Source of the DNA: Lama glama
Taxonomy: Eukaryota
DNA: 64,000 bases
Assembly: GCA_028534125.1 (NCBI GenBank)
Contig: CM052816.1
Coordinates: 92,010,001-92,074,000 of the forward strand
Direction: 5' to 3'
Shown here: positions 50,801-63,260 of the stretch, piece by piece
Layout of the letters: each line of letters starts with the position of its first letter
Numbering within the stretch: the first letter of the stretch is position 1
Notes under the pieces: generated by a model
What the model saw: the letters and a program-made list of their open reading frames with translations, nothing else
What the model was told of the DNA's origin: nothing
Databases searched by the model: none
Translations under genes and position numbers: made by a program

Positions 50801-53800
50801 ACCAGACCACTATGCCACTAAAAAACTCAATGAGGTGGCAGGTCACTGAATTTTAATGGAGTTACGCCTCACCATCTGTCATATATGTGTCTCAGCAAGG
50901 CATCGAGGGTATTGTCTACATCCTGCTCATCAGATTTTATCATCAACAGTGGACAACCTTAATGTTTCGTGGGACCGTGACACAATGATTATGTGCATTG
51001 GATTATGACAGATAACCAGAAAATTGACATAACTCTGAAACAGATCAGTTAAAATTTACTACTGTTCCTATAAGGTGAAAGCAAATTGCCTCTAATTTTC
51101 TTTTATGAGTTAGTATACATGAAAAGACATTTTCTAGATCAGTAGCTGAATATCAGGTTCCAGAAGTTGCTATGATTAGAATGAATATCAGCTTCCATTT
51201 ATAGTAATCCTTTTATTGTCCAAGATCTATCTTTTCCACAGGCTAGTTAGGGAAATAAAATGAGGGAAGTAGTAAGACTAAACTCCCCAGCATCCTTCAG
51301 TGTTTTGATGGTGATATTAATCTCTGCCATCTTCCCAGGGGTGTGTTGTTGACTTTTGCCCAATTTTTGACAGTGGTTGTAACGCTTCCAATTGTCACCT
51401 TCCTCCACTGTTTCCATGAGGGAATTCTGTCAGTTGCTAACTGTGTCTAAATCAAGTATATATTCAGGAACAGGAAAAATGACCTTTGTGGTTTTGCAGT
51501 TCTGCTGGGACCTCCATAAGTCCCCTCTCTGATTGGTGGAACGAGTTGAATTTCAGTTTCCCATTTCATCTCAGGGCAGCTGTTCAATAAATCTCCAAAT
51601 GTCCAGATAACTCCATTTTTTCCAGTGCACAATCACTATGTTAAAAAGTCAAATGTCTTATGAAGAAGGCTAGAATGCAGATTTACCACAAATGTCTGTG
51701 GCAGTATCGCAGGGTCTTCTCTCTAGAGAACATGGCTTTCCTTTAATCAAGATACTCCTGGTCCTTGAATTGATTCAGGTTTGAGAATAGAGTGGAGGTA
51801 GGGGGTAAGTCACCACTTTCTATTGTGTTGAATCAAGACTTAGCCTTCATTGGATTGCATATTTTAAGTAATACTTTAGCAGATTTCCCTTTTTTTATCA
51901 GCCTCACAGTCATCATCATCAATTAGCTACTGCCAAAAATTTTGCAAATCAAATCATTCTAGTTACCACCCCAACTTTGCAGCCCATTTCGGTTCTACTG
52001 TTTGAGTGTAGCCAGTAGCTTCTGCTACCTGGGATGTCCTTATTCTTTTTTAAGTATGGCACCATCTCCTTGGTAGTATCTCCCACTACCATCCCTGACT
52101 TGTAGAGAGCAGTCACTAAAAAGCCTCAAAGATGTTTTGTTCTTCTCATTCATACATTTTTTTCACAGTCTTGAGGAGACAATTATTATCCGGATCCTCA
52201 TGGGGCACATGGTAGGGGAGCTAATGAATCGATTGCGCATGAAAATTTTATTCCAGCATCCCTGTCTCAAGCCTTTTGATTCCTTTCTCTTCATTATGTC
52301 GAGGAAGTTCTGATATCTCAGCTTCATTTAGTGTAGGACAACTCTGAGTCTAGCTTTCAAACAACTAATCGATGAAACTGTAAGAGTCATTCCCAGCTAT
52401 CTGAACCACATATTAAACCCAGAAACTCTTGTGTGTGCAAGGATATCAATAAATCTGACCTATTTCAATGTTATGTTTATTATTCCCTGATCTTAATTGC
52501 TTTGAATCCATTCTTCACACATATTCCCTGAATTTCCCTTAACACAAATTAGCAAAGATCTTATAATTCTTTTGGTGAGTATGCTATCTCTTGTTGGGTC
52601 TGAATTTGTATTCACGTCCTTGCCATTGGTCTCTAATTATGGGCTAGGGACAAGGACAAACATTGGGAGTGGGCTGTGAGGAGAAATACATCTCTTTGTG
52701 CACAGTGGTTTGAGAGGAAGTCATTGTAGGATCACCAAGCAAGGAGAAGAATGATTGAGGATGCAGCTCAGGAGTGGGCACTGTTTCTAGAGAGGGAGGC
52801 TCAGTGATAACAGGGGATCAAAATACTCAGTCATTAGAATCCATACAAAATTACCATTCCAGTTCTCAGAATTCCATTCTTGCCTAATCCCTAATTTCCC
52901 CCTGAGACCTGATGAAACTGTGAAATCAATTGTTTTAAGTTCTATGACCCATAGGATCAAATCTTGAGTCTGGTTTTTGGACACCTTGATCCTATGACTG
53001 TAAGAGCTAAGAAATGTCTTCAGGAAAGTTACTGAAGCTTTCTGCTTCTCTGAACCATAAACTTATCATTATCTAACTCAAAGCTCTCCATTGCAATAAG
53101 AAGTAATCAAATCATCCCAAAGTCGGTATAACTATCATTTCCACTATAACATTGTATTGGAAGAGACACTTGGTATTCCGACATCCTTCCTTTCAATAGT
53201 CATGCAGTTACAAGTGTCTTCAGATGTTACTTTAAGCAAATTTTTTTTGTCTCTGTATGCTGTGAACTACCAACAGCCCAGTTTTCATTGGCAATGAGAT
53301 CATCACTACCTTCAAATCTAACCCAGTCAGATAACCAGTTCCAGATTCCCGTCTATGAGGTTCAGTGTCTGCATCAAACTTTGGTATCAAATTCTGTGTC
53401 CAAGAGCTTCAGTCAGGAAATTGGAAACCACTGTTGATATGTGTAGGCATTAGAGGCTTACACAGTCATCGGAAAGGCTGGAGGAGTGAAAATCAGGGAA
53501 GCTGCTATTAGCAAGAGGAGATCAGAGTGCTGGGATCCCAGAAAGCAGGCATTGCATGAGCTCAGGTGCTGGCAGCATGGCATTAGGCGATTCTTAGAGG
53601 TCACCAAGAAGCCGTTTGCAACATTCTATCGACATCTGCCGCTGGAACATAGACGCTCCTTATCTCCCAACTCCCAAATCTCACTAAGAACCTCTAAATG
53701 GCGGAGTCGAAATGGAACCCTGCTGACAAGGAAGACTGGGCTTTCTACCCCTGCAATATGGAAAGGTGCTTAGAACGCAGGGAGGGTACTGAGTTTCAAC

Positions 53801-53815
53801 ACAGAGTGTCTGAGA
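47832..53815 (-). mobile_element. Near full-length ancient ERVL provirus (LTR-gag-pro-pol-LTR, no env), decayed
   Basis: Related LTRs at ~47832-48280 and ~53395-53815 share gaaacca, cttacaca, acatctgcc and caaatctcac. The internal region starts gaatttgataccaaag on - (ERVL PBS-like). Protease relic TFGDLLNSCPE...PPIREGTYGG at ~51500-51630; RT relic QFAFT...QSYVNFLVICHN...DEQDVDNTLDALLR at ~50890-51090. Confidence 0.85.
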
Positions 53816-53859
53816 TAATGCCAGTGAGAAGAAAATAAGGTCTCAAAAATTGGACTTCT

Positions 53860-54045
53860 TTTCAGAACATCTCAAACCTTCAATTCTATAATTCTAGATG
53901 AGTGAATTTGATCAGTATGCATAAGCCTTAAACTTTCATTCCTTCCCCTATAATTAGAGTTAGTTGTATTGAATGCTCATAATTTTATTGAGAAGATTTA
54001 ACATGCATGTAAAGAACTTGAAACAAATGTCAGCTATTATTATTG
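53860..54045 (+). mobile_element. MIR fragment
   Basis: aagccttaaactttcattcc...ttttattgagaagatttaacatgcatgtaaagaacttgaaaca...gctattattatt. Confidence 0.6.
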
Positions 54046-54199
54046 AATAACATGATATGATTTTTCATGTATATGAATGTTTTATATCAAATGGATTTCT
54101 GTGTATAGTATGTTTTGTATGTTAATAAAAAACACAATTTTAGAGATAGGAATAACTTTATTTAAATGATACAGGCAGAAATAAGATTCTTTATACATT

Positions 54200-54620
54200 T
54201 TGGTTATAGTCTCATATATGCATATATATGAAAAATATTTTTCTGACTCTATAGCTTACCTTTTCACTCTATAAATAAATTTTTAATTATCAGTATAGTT
54301 CAAGTTATTATTTTTCCCCTTAATGGTCAGCACTTTTTGTGCCCTGTTTAAAAAATGCCTTGCCTTTTAAGTTTTTAAGAATGTCTCAATACACATTTTG
54401 TATTGTTCTTTCACATGTACTGTGTATTAACGATTGCCTTCCATTTTACATCATGCATTTTGAAATATTGACTAAAATGCACTCTGTTCCTTTTTTTAAA
54501 CTTTCCGTATAATGCTAAAATCCAGGAATATTCAACTCCATTGATACACTACATTTTGCATTATTGTTGCCATGCATTTATATTCCATTTATTTTAAACC
54601 TCCCAATAAAATTCTATGAT
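54200..54620 (-). mobile_element. Old LINE-1 fragments
   Basis: aatatttttctgactctatagcttaccttttcactct...cactttttgtgccctgtttaaaaaat. Confidence 0.55.
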
Positions 54621-55779
54621 TGTTGTACTATAAAAGTAAATAAATAAGCTATATGGTACAGGCAGAAAAACTGATATACAAAGAAGAAAACTACAGGTAG
54701 AGTAGGATTAGATATCATATCTATAACAATGTAGCTAAATTTAGGCCATCTGCCTTGCAGTATCTTATTTTACTCATAAATATAGATTTGTGATATCAGG
54801 ACTATAATTTGTGAGTGGTTTATGTACAATCTGGACTAAAGTAAAATCATTCATTTTGAATGCTTTGCCTTAGAAAAATAATACTATCTGGATCATGAAA
54901 ATATGATTTATGTTAGTTTTAAAGACAGAAATTAGGGAAACATTAACTTTGATAATTCTAATTCAAGATGTGATAATTAAATCTCTTGAGGAGTTCATTC
55001 AAGAGTTAAATGGGCAAGTCACATGATATCTTCAGGCTATGTTATTGAAAACAAGATTGATAAGTAAAATTTTGTATTTTTTGCCTCTAGAAAGAAGGCT
55101 TTAATTGATGTTAAGTGGTTTGCTTTATTGGAAACTTTCCATTTTATTACTCATCTGATCATGTAAATTAATCATCATAGAGTTGTAAACAAATCTACAT
55201 GTTTTATAATTTTGTTCTTTTTTCTTGCGTTTAAAGTTTTTCTAATTATAACAATAGTCTAGAATGAAAAATGAGCGAGTGTGTGCATGTAACTAATTGC
55301 ATAATAAACTTTTACAGTCAGCTATTTAATTATTCCCTTTTCCTATTTTAAGCTTATTATCTCTAGATACATGCTCCAAATGTTGATTAGGGAAACTATC
55401 GGTGTAATGGATTTTTTTTTCTTTAAGAAAGAGGCAACAAAATAAAAAAGACATTTATTGTTTTCTGAGGGTGATATTTTGAGTGGAGGAAGCGCTACTT
55501 ATTGATGTATAAATTATCCCTCATTACTTTCTTTCACAAATGTTGTATTTTTCCTCCAATGACATTGGAAGACAATGTATGTGTAAAATACATCTGTCAG
55601 TGGGAATTGCCAGATCAAGTGGCACAGAGATAAAAATGTAACTCTCTGATTGCTTTGTCCCAGAATCTACTGTAATGTCTGAAATATATGTCATCTGTAA
55701 GTTAGAAAGGGAATACACTCTTAGAGAAACGAATGCAATGCTAAGAACTGGCAGACAAAACTCCTTATTTTAACATAAA

Positions 55780-56905
55780 GGTCAGAAGAAAACATAGGCA
55801 GTGGGCTCTCTGACATTAGTCTTAGCAATATTTTTTTTTGGATCTGTCCCTCAAGGAAGGGAAACAAAGCAAAAATGAATAAATGGAACCTGATCGAAAT
55901 TAAAAGTTCTGCACAGTGAAAATCATCAACAAAACAAAAAGGCAACCTACTGAGTGGGAGAAGATATCTGCAAATGATATGACCAATAAGGGGTTAATAT
56001 CAAAAATATATAAAGAACTCATAAATATTAACATAAAAAAACAATGGAGTTTAAAAATGAGCAGAAGACATGAATAGACATTTTTCCAAAAAAAAGTCAT
56101 ACAGGTAGCCAACAGACATCAAAAGATGCTCAGAAGCACTCATCAGGAAAGCGCAAATAAAATCCATACTGAGATACCACCCCATACCTGTTAGAATGGC
56201 TATCTTCAAAAAGACTACAAATAACAAGTGTTGGAAAGGATGTGGAGAAAAGGGAACCCTGTTGCACTATTAGTGGGATTGTAAATTAGGGCAACCGCTA
56301 TGAAAAACAGTACAGAGATTCCTCAAAAAATTAAAAATAAAATTGCCATATTACACAGCAATTTCACTTATAGGTCTTTACCCAAATTAAACAAAACACT
56401 GACTTGAAAAGAAAATAGGCACACCAATGTTCATTGCAGCATTATTTATAATAGCCAAGATATAGATGCAATCTAAGTGTCCATCAACAGTTGAATGGAT
56501 AAAAAAATGATGTGATACACACACACAATGGAATATTACTCAGCCATAAAGAAGAATGAAATTTTGCCGTTTGCAGCAACATGGATGGACTTGGAGGGCA
56601 TTATGCTAAGTGAAATAAGTCAGACAGAGAAAGACAAATACTGTATAATATCACTTATATGTGAGACCTAAAAAATACAACAAACTAGTGAATACAACAA
56701 CAAAGTAACAGATTTATAGATACAGAGAATAAATTAGTAGTTACCAGTGGGGAGAAGGAAGGGAGGAGGGGCACTATAGAAGTGGGGGGAAGAAGGGTTA
56801 TTATGGAATTGTATAAAATCATGTGTGTGAACCTTTTGAAAACTATGAGGCATTATAGAATTTAAAGACTATTTCATTCAATAAAAAATAAAATAAATAA
56901 AAAAT
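55780..56905 (+). mobile_element. 5'-truncated LINE-1 (end of ORF2 plus 3' UTR)
   Basis: agaagaaaacataggc...gatgtggagaaaagggaaccc...gcagcaacatggatggacttggagggcattatgctaagtgaaataagtcag, followed by an A-rich tail. Confidence 0.93.
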
Positions 56906-56940
56906 TTGAATATATTAATTTTTTAAAAATAATTTTTTAA

Positions 56941-57246
56941 CATTTTTTAAGTTATAGTCATTTTACAATGTTGTGTCAAATTCCAGTGTAGAGAACAATT
57001 TTTCAGTTATACATGAACATACATATATTCATTGTCACATTTTTTTTTTCTCTGTGAGCTACCACAAGATCTTTTATATATTTCCCTGTGGAATACAGTA
57101 TAATCTTTTTTATCTAGTCTACAAAGGCCTGTCAGTATCTACAAATTTTGAACTCTCAGTCTATGCCTTCCCACCCCCCTCCCCCTTGGCAACCACAAGT
57201 TTGTATTCTACGTCTATGAGTCTGTTTCTGTTTTGTATTTATGTTC
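56941..57246 (-). mobile_element. Young short LINE-1 3' UTR insertion with TSD
   Basis: Nearly identical to 18200-18508. Flanked by taaaaataatttttta (~56924) and taaaaaagaatttttta (~57247). Confidence 0.92.
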
Positions 57247-57559
57247 TAAAAAAGAATTTTTTATTCTATCCAGATAAATACATATGTGCAAGAGTGAGAC
57301 ATATTTTTAAAATAGAAGACAAAATGGAAGAGGGGAAACCAGTTCCATTTTCATCATTCAGAGATTTAAAGAAGTGTAATGTTTCGGATTATAATGAATA
57401 ACAGAATTGATCCCAAGTGGAATTAAAATGGTTTAAATTTCAAGGAGACAAAACAGTTCTCAGATTATTTTTCTTCTGCTCCTGTCAATCAACTGAAGTT
57501 CAATTTATCCCTCCACAGTTAATTTTTAAAATCGGGATGATAAGCAAGTGTAGATCCAG

Positions 57560-57830
57560 AAGTTAATCTTAAACTTCTCCCTCTCCCTAACCCTGTAATC
57601 TAATCAAGCCCTAGCCCTTGTAAATCCTACTCCTTAATATCTCTTAAGCCTTTTCCCACTGCCGCTTCCTTATCTCAGAACCTTATCAGGTCTCAGTTGC
57701 TTTCTAACTCTTCTCCATGAATCCAGTTTCATTTCTGTCCATTTCAGCCTCAAATCTATATCCAAAATGATTTTTCTAGACTCAGAATTACTCATGTACT
57801 CTTGGGCTTAAATTTTCTCTGTGTCTCCAA
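57560..57830 (+). mobile_element. L2 fragment
   Basis: ccctgtaatctaatcaagccctagcccttgtaaatcctactccttaatatctc... Confidence 0.5.
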
Positions 57831-58519
57831 GGAAACTGTGCAGTGATTCCCCTGGTAAGATATTATGTCAAACGAGATTCCATTTAAGCCTTGGATAGTG
57901 GTGCTGACTGAGGCTCTGTGGCAGAAAAGTAAAATAGAAAATTGTTATGATGCACAAAACAGCAGGGCAAAAAAACCTTTCAGTGTCCAGAGATAGGGAT
58001 TAGTTAAATAAATAGAGTACGTCCCAAAGGTGGGATACAAGGCTGCCATTAAAATTCATTTTGAAAATGAATATTTTTAATTGATCTATGGAAATATTCT
58101 CAAGATAGTCTTATGAACAAAAAGACAGATTACTACTTCAAATTATTTTCAAATTGAATTTATGAGCTTGATAGTACACACGTTGATAATAGGTTGTAGG
58201 TTTTAGGAAGAGAAGGAAAATTTCTGAATTTGGCAACTACATATGTCATTTTACTGAGAGAAAAAAAGAGAGAGAGAGACAGACAGAGGAGTAGCATGCA
58301 GCTAAGGGAAATGTTAAGTTCCATTACCGAACCCCTGACATTTCTTTTAAAACTTTGAAGTGGGTCACAAAGAGGCTACAGCTACAATGTTCTTCCTGTA
58401 AAGCAATGGTGTCATTCAAAGGTCTAAAGCCACCAGCACCTTTCAGCTATAGAAGCTGGGTAAAGTTCAGGCAGACTGGACCAGATTGTCTTGGTCCCAG
58501 TGAACTATCCCAGTGAAAC

Positions 58520-58660
58520 CATCAATGTTTCAAGTTCCAGCTCTGCCACTTCTTAGCTTCTTGGCTGTGGGCCACTTCACTGACCAGCCTACACCTCATT
58601 GTCCTCATCTATCCAAAGAAGGTAATAATGGTAACTACTTGGTAAATAATGCTGCGAAGC
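58520..58660 (+). mobile_element. MIR fragment
   Basis: gtttcaagttccagctctgccacttcttagc...cctcattgtcctcatct...ggtaataatggtaactac. Confidence 0.65.
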
Positions 58661-58667
58661 ACTCAGA

Positions 58668-58846
58668 CCAATGATTCTCAATGGTGGCAGTTATGACCCC
58701 TGGGGTCATATGGCCATGTCTGGATACATTTGCTACTGGAATTTGGTGGGTGGAGATCACGGATGCTGCTAAATGTCCTACAGTGCACAGGACAGTGTCC
58801 CCAGCTCCATCTAATGTCAATAGTGCATGGCTTTGACAGAACCTGT
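58668..58846 (+). mobile_element. MER20 DNA transposon
   Basis: caatgattctcaa...ggatgctgctaaatgtcctacagtgcacaggacag...aatgtcaatagtgc. Confidence 0.85.
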
Positions 58847-58944
58847 CCTACAATAAACTTGGACAATCTTAGCTGTTACTAGTCTCAGCCCACGTACCTC
58901 TGGATTTTCTTTTTATCTCTGCTGCCACTAACACAATAGAATTA

Positions 58945-59048
58945 TTTTTTTTTATAAATATACTTTTTTACTGTAGTATAGTCAGTTTACAATGCTGTGT
59001 CCATTTCTGGTGTACAGCATAATGCTTCAGTCATACATGAACATACAC
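58945..59048 (-). mobile_element. Very short LINE-1 3'-tip insertion
   Basis: tagtatagtcagtttacaatgctgtgtccatttctggtgtacagcataatgcttcagtcatacatgaacatac, preceded by a T-run. Confidence 0.8.
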
Positions 59049-59315
59049 AGAATTCTTACAATGTGAATACTTTCTTCAAAAAAGTCTCCGTTTCTTGGTC
59101 AGCAAATAACTTCATTCTTCCCACATATGAGGTATACTTACTGCCATCTCCCAGGAAGAAAACACAAAATTCCATCGTGTTACTATGCACAGCTGGATGC
59201 CCAAGATCTGTGGGTAACATGCAGCCCCAGCCACCAGTCCTACCCAGAAGTGGCACTGGTCCCCTTTAGACTAAAGAGGCACATCCACCACGCACCCCAA
59301 GACTGAAAGCCAGCT

Positions 59316-59680
59316 CAGTGTTTCTCAAACCGTCTGTGAGAAAGAACTCCCTTTGCTGGCTTGTTAGTTTTTTCCCTAATCTATCAAAGACTTATACTTT
59401 AAAATTTTGACTTAAATGAATTACTGGAAAAAAATAAAATGAAAAGAAGACATACAAGTCTTGATCTTTTATTACTAGATCTAACAGTCATAAAAATTGC
59501 CTTTCAGTAGATATAACTATAATAAATTTAGCCAAAGAAATCGAACAGCTTGCAAAATTATGCCCATTGCTTATTGAAAGTATATGCAGAGATTAGTATA
59601 TAGAACTACGATTGCAGTGCTGTAAATAAAACTGTGACTCCTATATTAAACATCTTTATGCGGACTTTGAATAAACACTG
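59316..59680. mobile_element. hAT-Charlie-type non-autonomous DNA transposon
   Basis: TIRs cagtgtttctcaaa (59316) and tttgaataaacactg (ending 59680). No clear 8-bp TSD. Confidence 0.55.
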
Positions 59681-60271
59681 TACATGTCAATATACAAAGT
59701 TTTAAATGTGAAAAATGAGCTTATTTCTGGTTTGTTAATTCACATAATCTAGGTTGAGGTTGGAATGACAAAACACTTCTCAGGGGATAATGTATACCTA
59801 ACATGCTACTATGTTTTGTTTTAAATGTCATGGTTTCAACACTTGTTTTCAATTCTTCATTGATAGTTCCTATAATTTACCTTGTAAATTTGTAGTAAAA
59901 TTTAAGTAATTTTTTGATAAAAGAAATGGATTTTCTATGCATTTTCTTTTGATGGAAAGCAGTATTCAAAATGTTCTGTCACTCTCAGGCTATTCTCCAC
60001 ATGTGGGCTCCATAGTCACCAAGGATAGAGGAAAAAAGAGGAGGGATCTGGGGCCAGATTTGCAAAACTGTACATCAATTGCCCGCATTCTATTGGTGAA
60101 AATTAATCACATCGACCCATCTAGGTAAGCAAGGTTGGAAACTCCTAGTTGTTTAGATCCATTGTTACAAGCAATCTGATTGTAGGGAGATCCATATGCT
60201 CTCCCAAATCAAAACGGAAGGTCAGGAAAGGCTTCCTGAAGGAGGTCACATGTGGAGGAATTCGTTGTTGG

Positions 60272-60645
60272 TTGTTAAGGACTGAATGGTTGAGTCTCCC
60301 CAAAATTCACATGTTGAAGCCCTAACTCCCCGGCTGTGATGGCATTAGGAGATAGGGCCTTTGAGAAGTGGTTAAGAATAGGTGGGGTCATGAAGGCAGA
60401 GCATCTATGATGGGATTAGTGTCCTTCTAAGAAGAGGGAGAAAGACCAGAGCCCTTCTCTCCATCCTGTGAATGCAGCAAGAAGGCATTTGTCTGACAGC
60501 CAGGAAGAGGTCCTCACCAGGAACAGAATCAGTGGGCACATTAATCTTAGGTTTCCAGCCTCCAGAATTGTGAGAAGTAAATGTCTGTTGTTTAAATCAC
60601 CCGGTCTATGGTACTTTGTTGCAGCAGCCAGAGCTGAATCAGATA
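60272..60645 (+). mobile_element. MaLR solo LTR (MLT1A-like)
   Basis: caaaattcacatgttgaagccctaac...gatgggattagtgtcctt...ccagcctccagaattgtgagaagtaaatgtctgttgttt. Confidence 0.9.
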
Positions 60646-61157
60646 CCAGCCGGGTGAAGGAAATGGGCGGAGTGTCAGGGGTTGGTGGGGTAGTGTGAGT
60701 AGCAAGTATGCCCTGCGGCTCTGAGCTCTGAGATTCTGTTTCCATAGGCACAAATGTCCTCTAAGAATTAATTAAGAAAACGTATTTAAGAGTTCTCAGG
60801 GAGTGGAAGGCATGAAAATATAAGGATTGTTAAGAGATTGGTATGACCTTTATCATTCTACGTGCCATCAATGATCTGACTCTCCCTGCACCACAAAGCA
60901 AACTATGTAGTTTTTTTTCCCCTCCATAGAGACTGGCAGCTGCAAAACTGGGCAACGGACAGCTTTATCCTAAAATAGAGCACATGCCCCTTGCAAAATA
61001 GTCACACATCCAGGTCAAATGTTACTAAGCCAGTGTCCTAATTGGGGGACCTAAATCTGCAGAAAGGATTAAGGCTCTTGACTAATCTAAGACTTTTGTG
61101 TAACTTTGCAGGTGCAAATCTTTCAGCTGCCTCTGGTAAGCAGCCCATGGTTTATTT

Positions 61158-61215
61158 GGTTATTTGGTAGTTTTTTTCCTCAAGGAGGTTATTTGGTAGT
61201 TTTTTTCCTCAAGGA
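61158..61215. repeat. Perfect 29-bp tandem duplication
   Basis: ggttatttggtagtttttttcctcaagga occurs twice in a row. Confidence 0.95.
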
Positions 61216-61709
61216 GGCAAAGGAACATTAACCATATCAAGATAAATTATGTGCCTGTCAACTCTTTCGAAGACTTGGTGAACAGATTCAATAAGTCTAA
61301 ACTCTATTTGACATTTCCTACTTTTCCACTGTACTGAAGTCTCTATTGGCTTTCTCTTCTAATACTGTTTCCAACTCTAGAAACACTTTCTGTTAAGTGA
61401 ATTTTTAAGAAGAATGAAAAACCCTGAAAGATAGATTTGAATTAGATATAAAGATTTCTCTAAATGCTTTTTCTGTTAAAAAGAAAAGGTTATTTTACTC
61501 AAAATATAGTTTTCTGGATTTGATAAAATTTCTGTCACCACGTTAAAATTATGTTTACCAAGAAGTGAATAATGGGTGGCAAAATTCCCAAACAACTGAC
61601 TTCTCAGTAATGCATAGACTCAATATTAAGTTTTTTAGTTTCCAGGTCCATGGTTTAATTGGGTCACATTAAAAGGGCAAGTTATGTATTTAACTATATA
61701 GAGATAATG

Positions 61710-62080
61710 AGATCTTTTTACTATCTTAACTAAGTGATCAAAGTTATTATCATCAGTAAATTGGACAACTGGTTAGCATTTATCCCATGATAGGATGCAC
61801 TGGGAAAGACACAGCATCACTCTGGGTGTTCTTGCCAAAAATGCACAGCTTGAATCTAATCAAGAAGAAATAGCAGACAAACCCAAGGTAAAGGATATTC
61901 TACAAAGTAACTGCCTTGTACTCTTTCAAAATGTCAAGGTCATAAAAGAAAAAAGACTTGAAAAGACTATTTCAGTTTAAAAGAGACTAAAGAGATGAGA
62001 ATTAAATACAGTGTGTGATCTAGTTTGGATCCTGGACCAATCCCCCACCCACTCATTTGCTATGAAGGAAATTGGTGGCA
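61710..62080 (+). mobile_element. L1MC-type LINE-1 3' UTR fragment
   Basis: cttaactaagtgatcaaagtt...gacaaacccaaggtaaaggatattctacaaa...tcaaaatgtcaaggtcat...tggatcctggacc. Confidence 0.8.
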
Positions 62081-62369
62081 AAAAAACAAATAAAGCTTTC
62101 CAAGAGAAAACTCTGCAAAAGATGTTGTTTGTATTATTTTATTTCCTACTGTAAACACAAGAATCAAAACTCCAGTCTATAGAATCCACCAAGACCAGGG
62201 ATATTTATATTAATAATTCTATATAGGTTGCCTAAATCTAGAACTTTATGGAGATGAATAAAAGAAACTATAGAAAATGACCAAGTTCATATTTTGTGAA
62301 AACCATAATCAGTTTCTTAAATATGGTTTCAAGGCATGCTGACATTTTGCAATATTAGCAAATGTATTG

Positions 62370-63260
62370 TTGAGTGTTGCTAATATTTCCTTTGCTTCTG
62401 GGCCCTTCTCACATTCAGATAGGCAGGCATTTTGCACCATTGCCTCCCAGAAGTGGAGCTGCAGTAGGAAGCAGGGATATCAGAGAAGTTTTTCTGATTT
62501 CAGAAGCTCCACAGTCAGAGAAAAAGCATGAACAGTAGATTTGAGAGAACGTTTGCTGAAAAAAAGTCCATTTTCTGCTCTATGCTCTTCCCTTCTCCCT
62601 TACTACAAATGAGGAAAAAAGTCTTTCTAATCTTTGGAGACAGAAGAGATGATGAGGCACAGCAATGAGAGGCTCGTGGGTCTCCAGGGAGGGGCGTGGA
62701 CTTTGCCTTTTTCTTTGCTTCCCAGTTGCGACAGCAAGACCTCAGGTAATGATGGCTGTAGGGACATTTAATCACATGGGGTCCTAGACAAACACAAGTG
62801 GTACACAGCCTAGGGTGGAGCATGAACAACTGAAAAATTCCCAAGGCGGGCTGTGGAGGTATCTTCAAGTGATGTCCAGTGCTGTATCCTGCAAACAGTG
62901 GCCCTGAAATAACAGGGAGAAGGGCAGAGGCGAGCTGAGCTTGAGGGGCAAGTCAGCAGTAACTTTGGATGGACCTCCAAGGACCAGATGGACAATAGAG
63001 CAGGGGTGATGCTACAGAAGCCAAACGAACAGAAAACCAGTCCCCCCATCCCAGCCTAGTGAAGAACACAACATAGTCCCCTCAGCACGTAGACATACAG
63101 TTATGGAAAAAGAGATAGAAGTGGTGAGATAAGCTTGAATTGTCTGAGATTGAATTTCCACAATGTGATGGAATGAGGGTTCCAAACAGAATTAAATTCA
63201 TTAAAAAAATGGAAGTTAGATTATAGAGCTCTTGAGGTTGTGATCTGAAATTCATACCTT
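62370..63260. mobile_element. Possible ancient LTR relic (family uncertain)
   Basis: Purine-rich, LTR-like texture starting with tgttgc. I could not match it confidently to a family. Confidence 0.3.

Noticed and set aside
48280..53390. Domesticated ERVL gag/pol ORF
   Set aside because: No ORF above ~70 aa; the protease and RT catalytic motifs are degraded.
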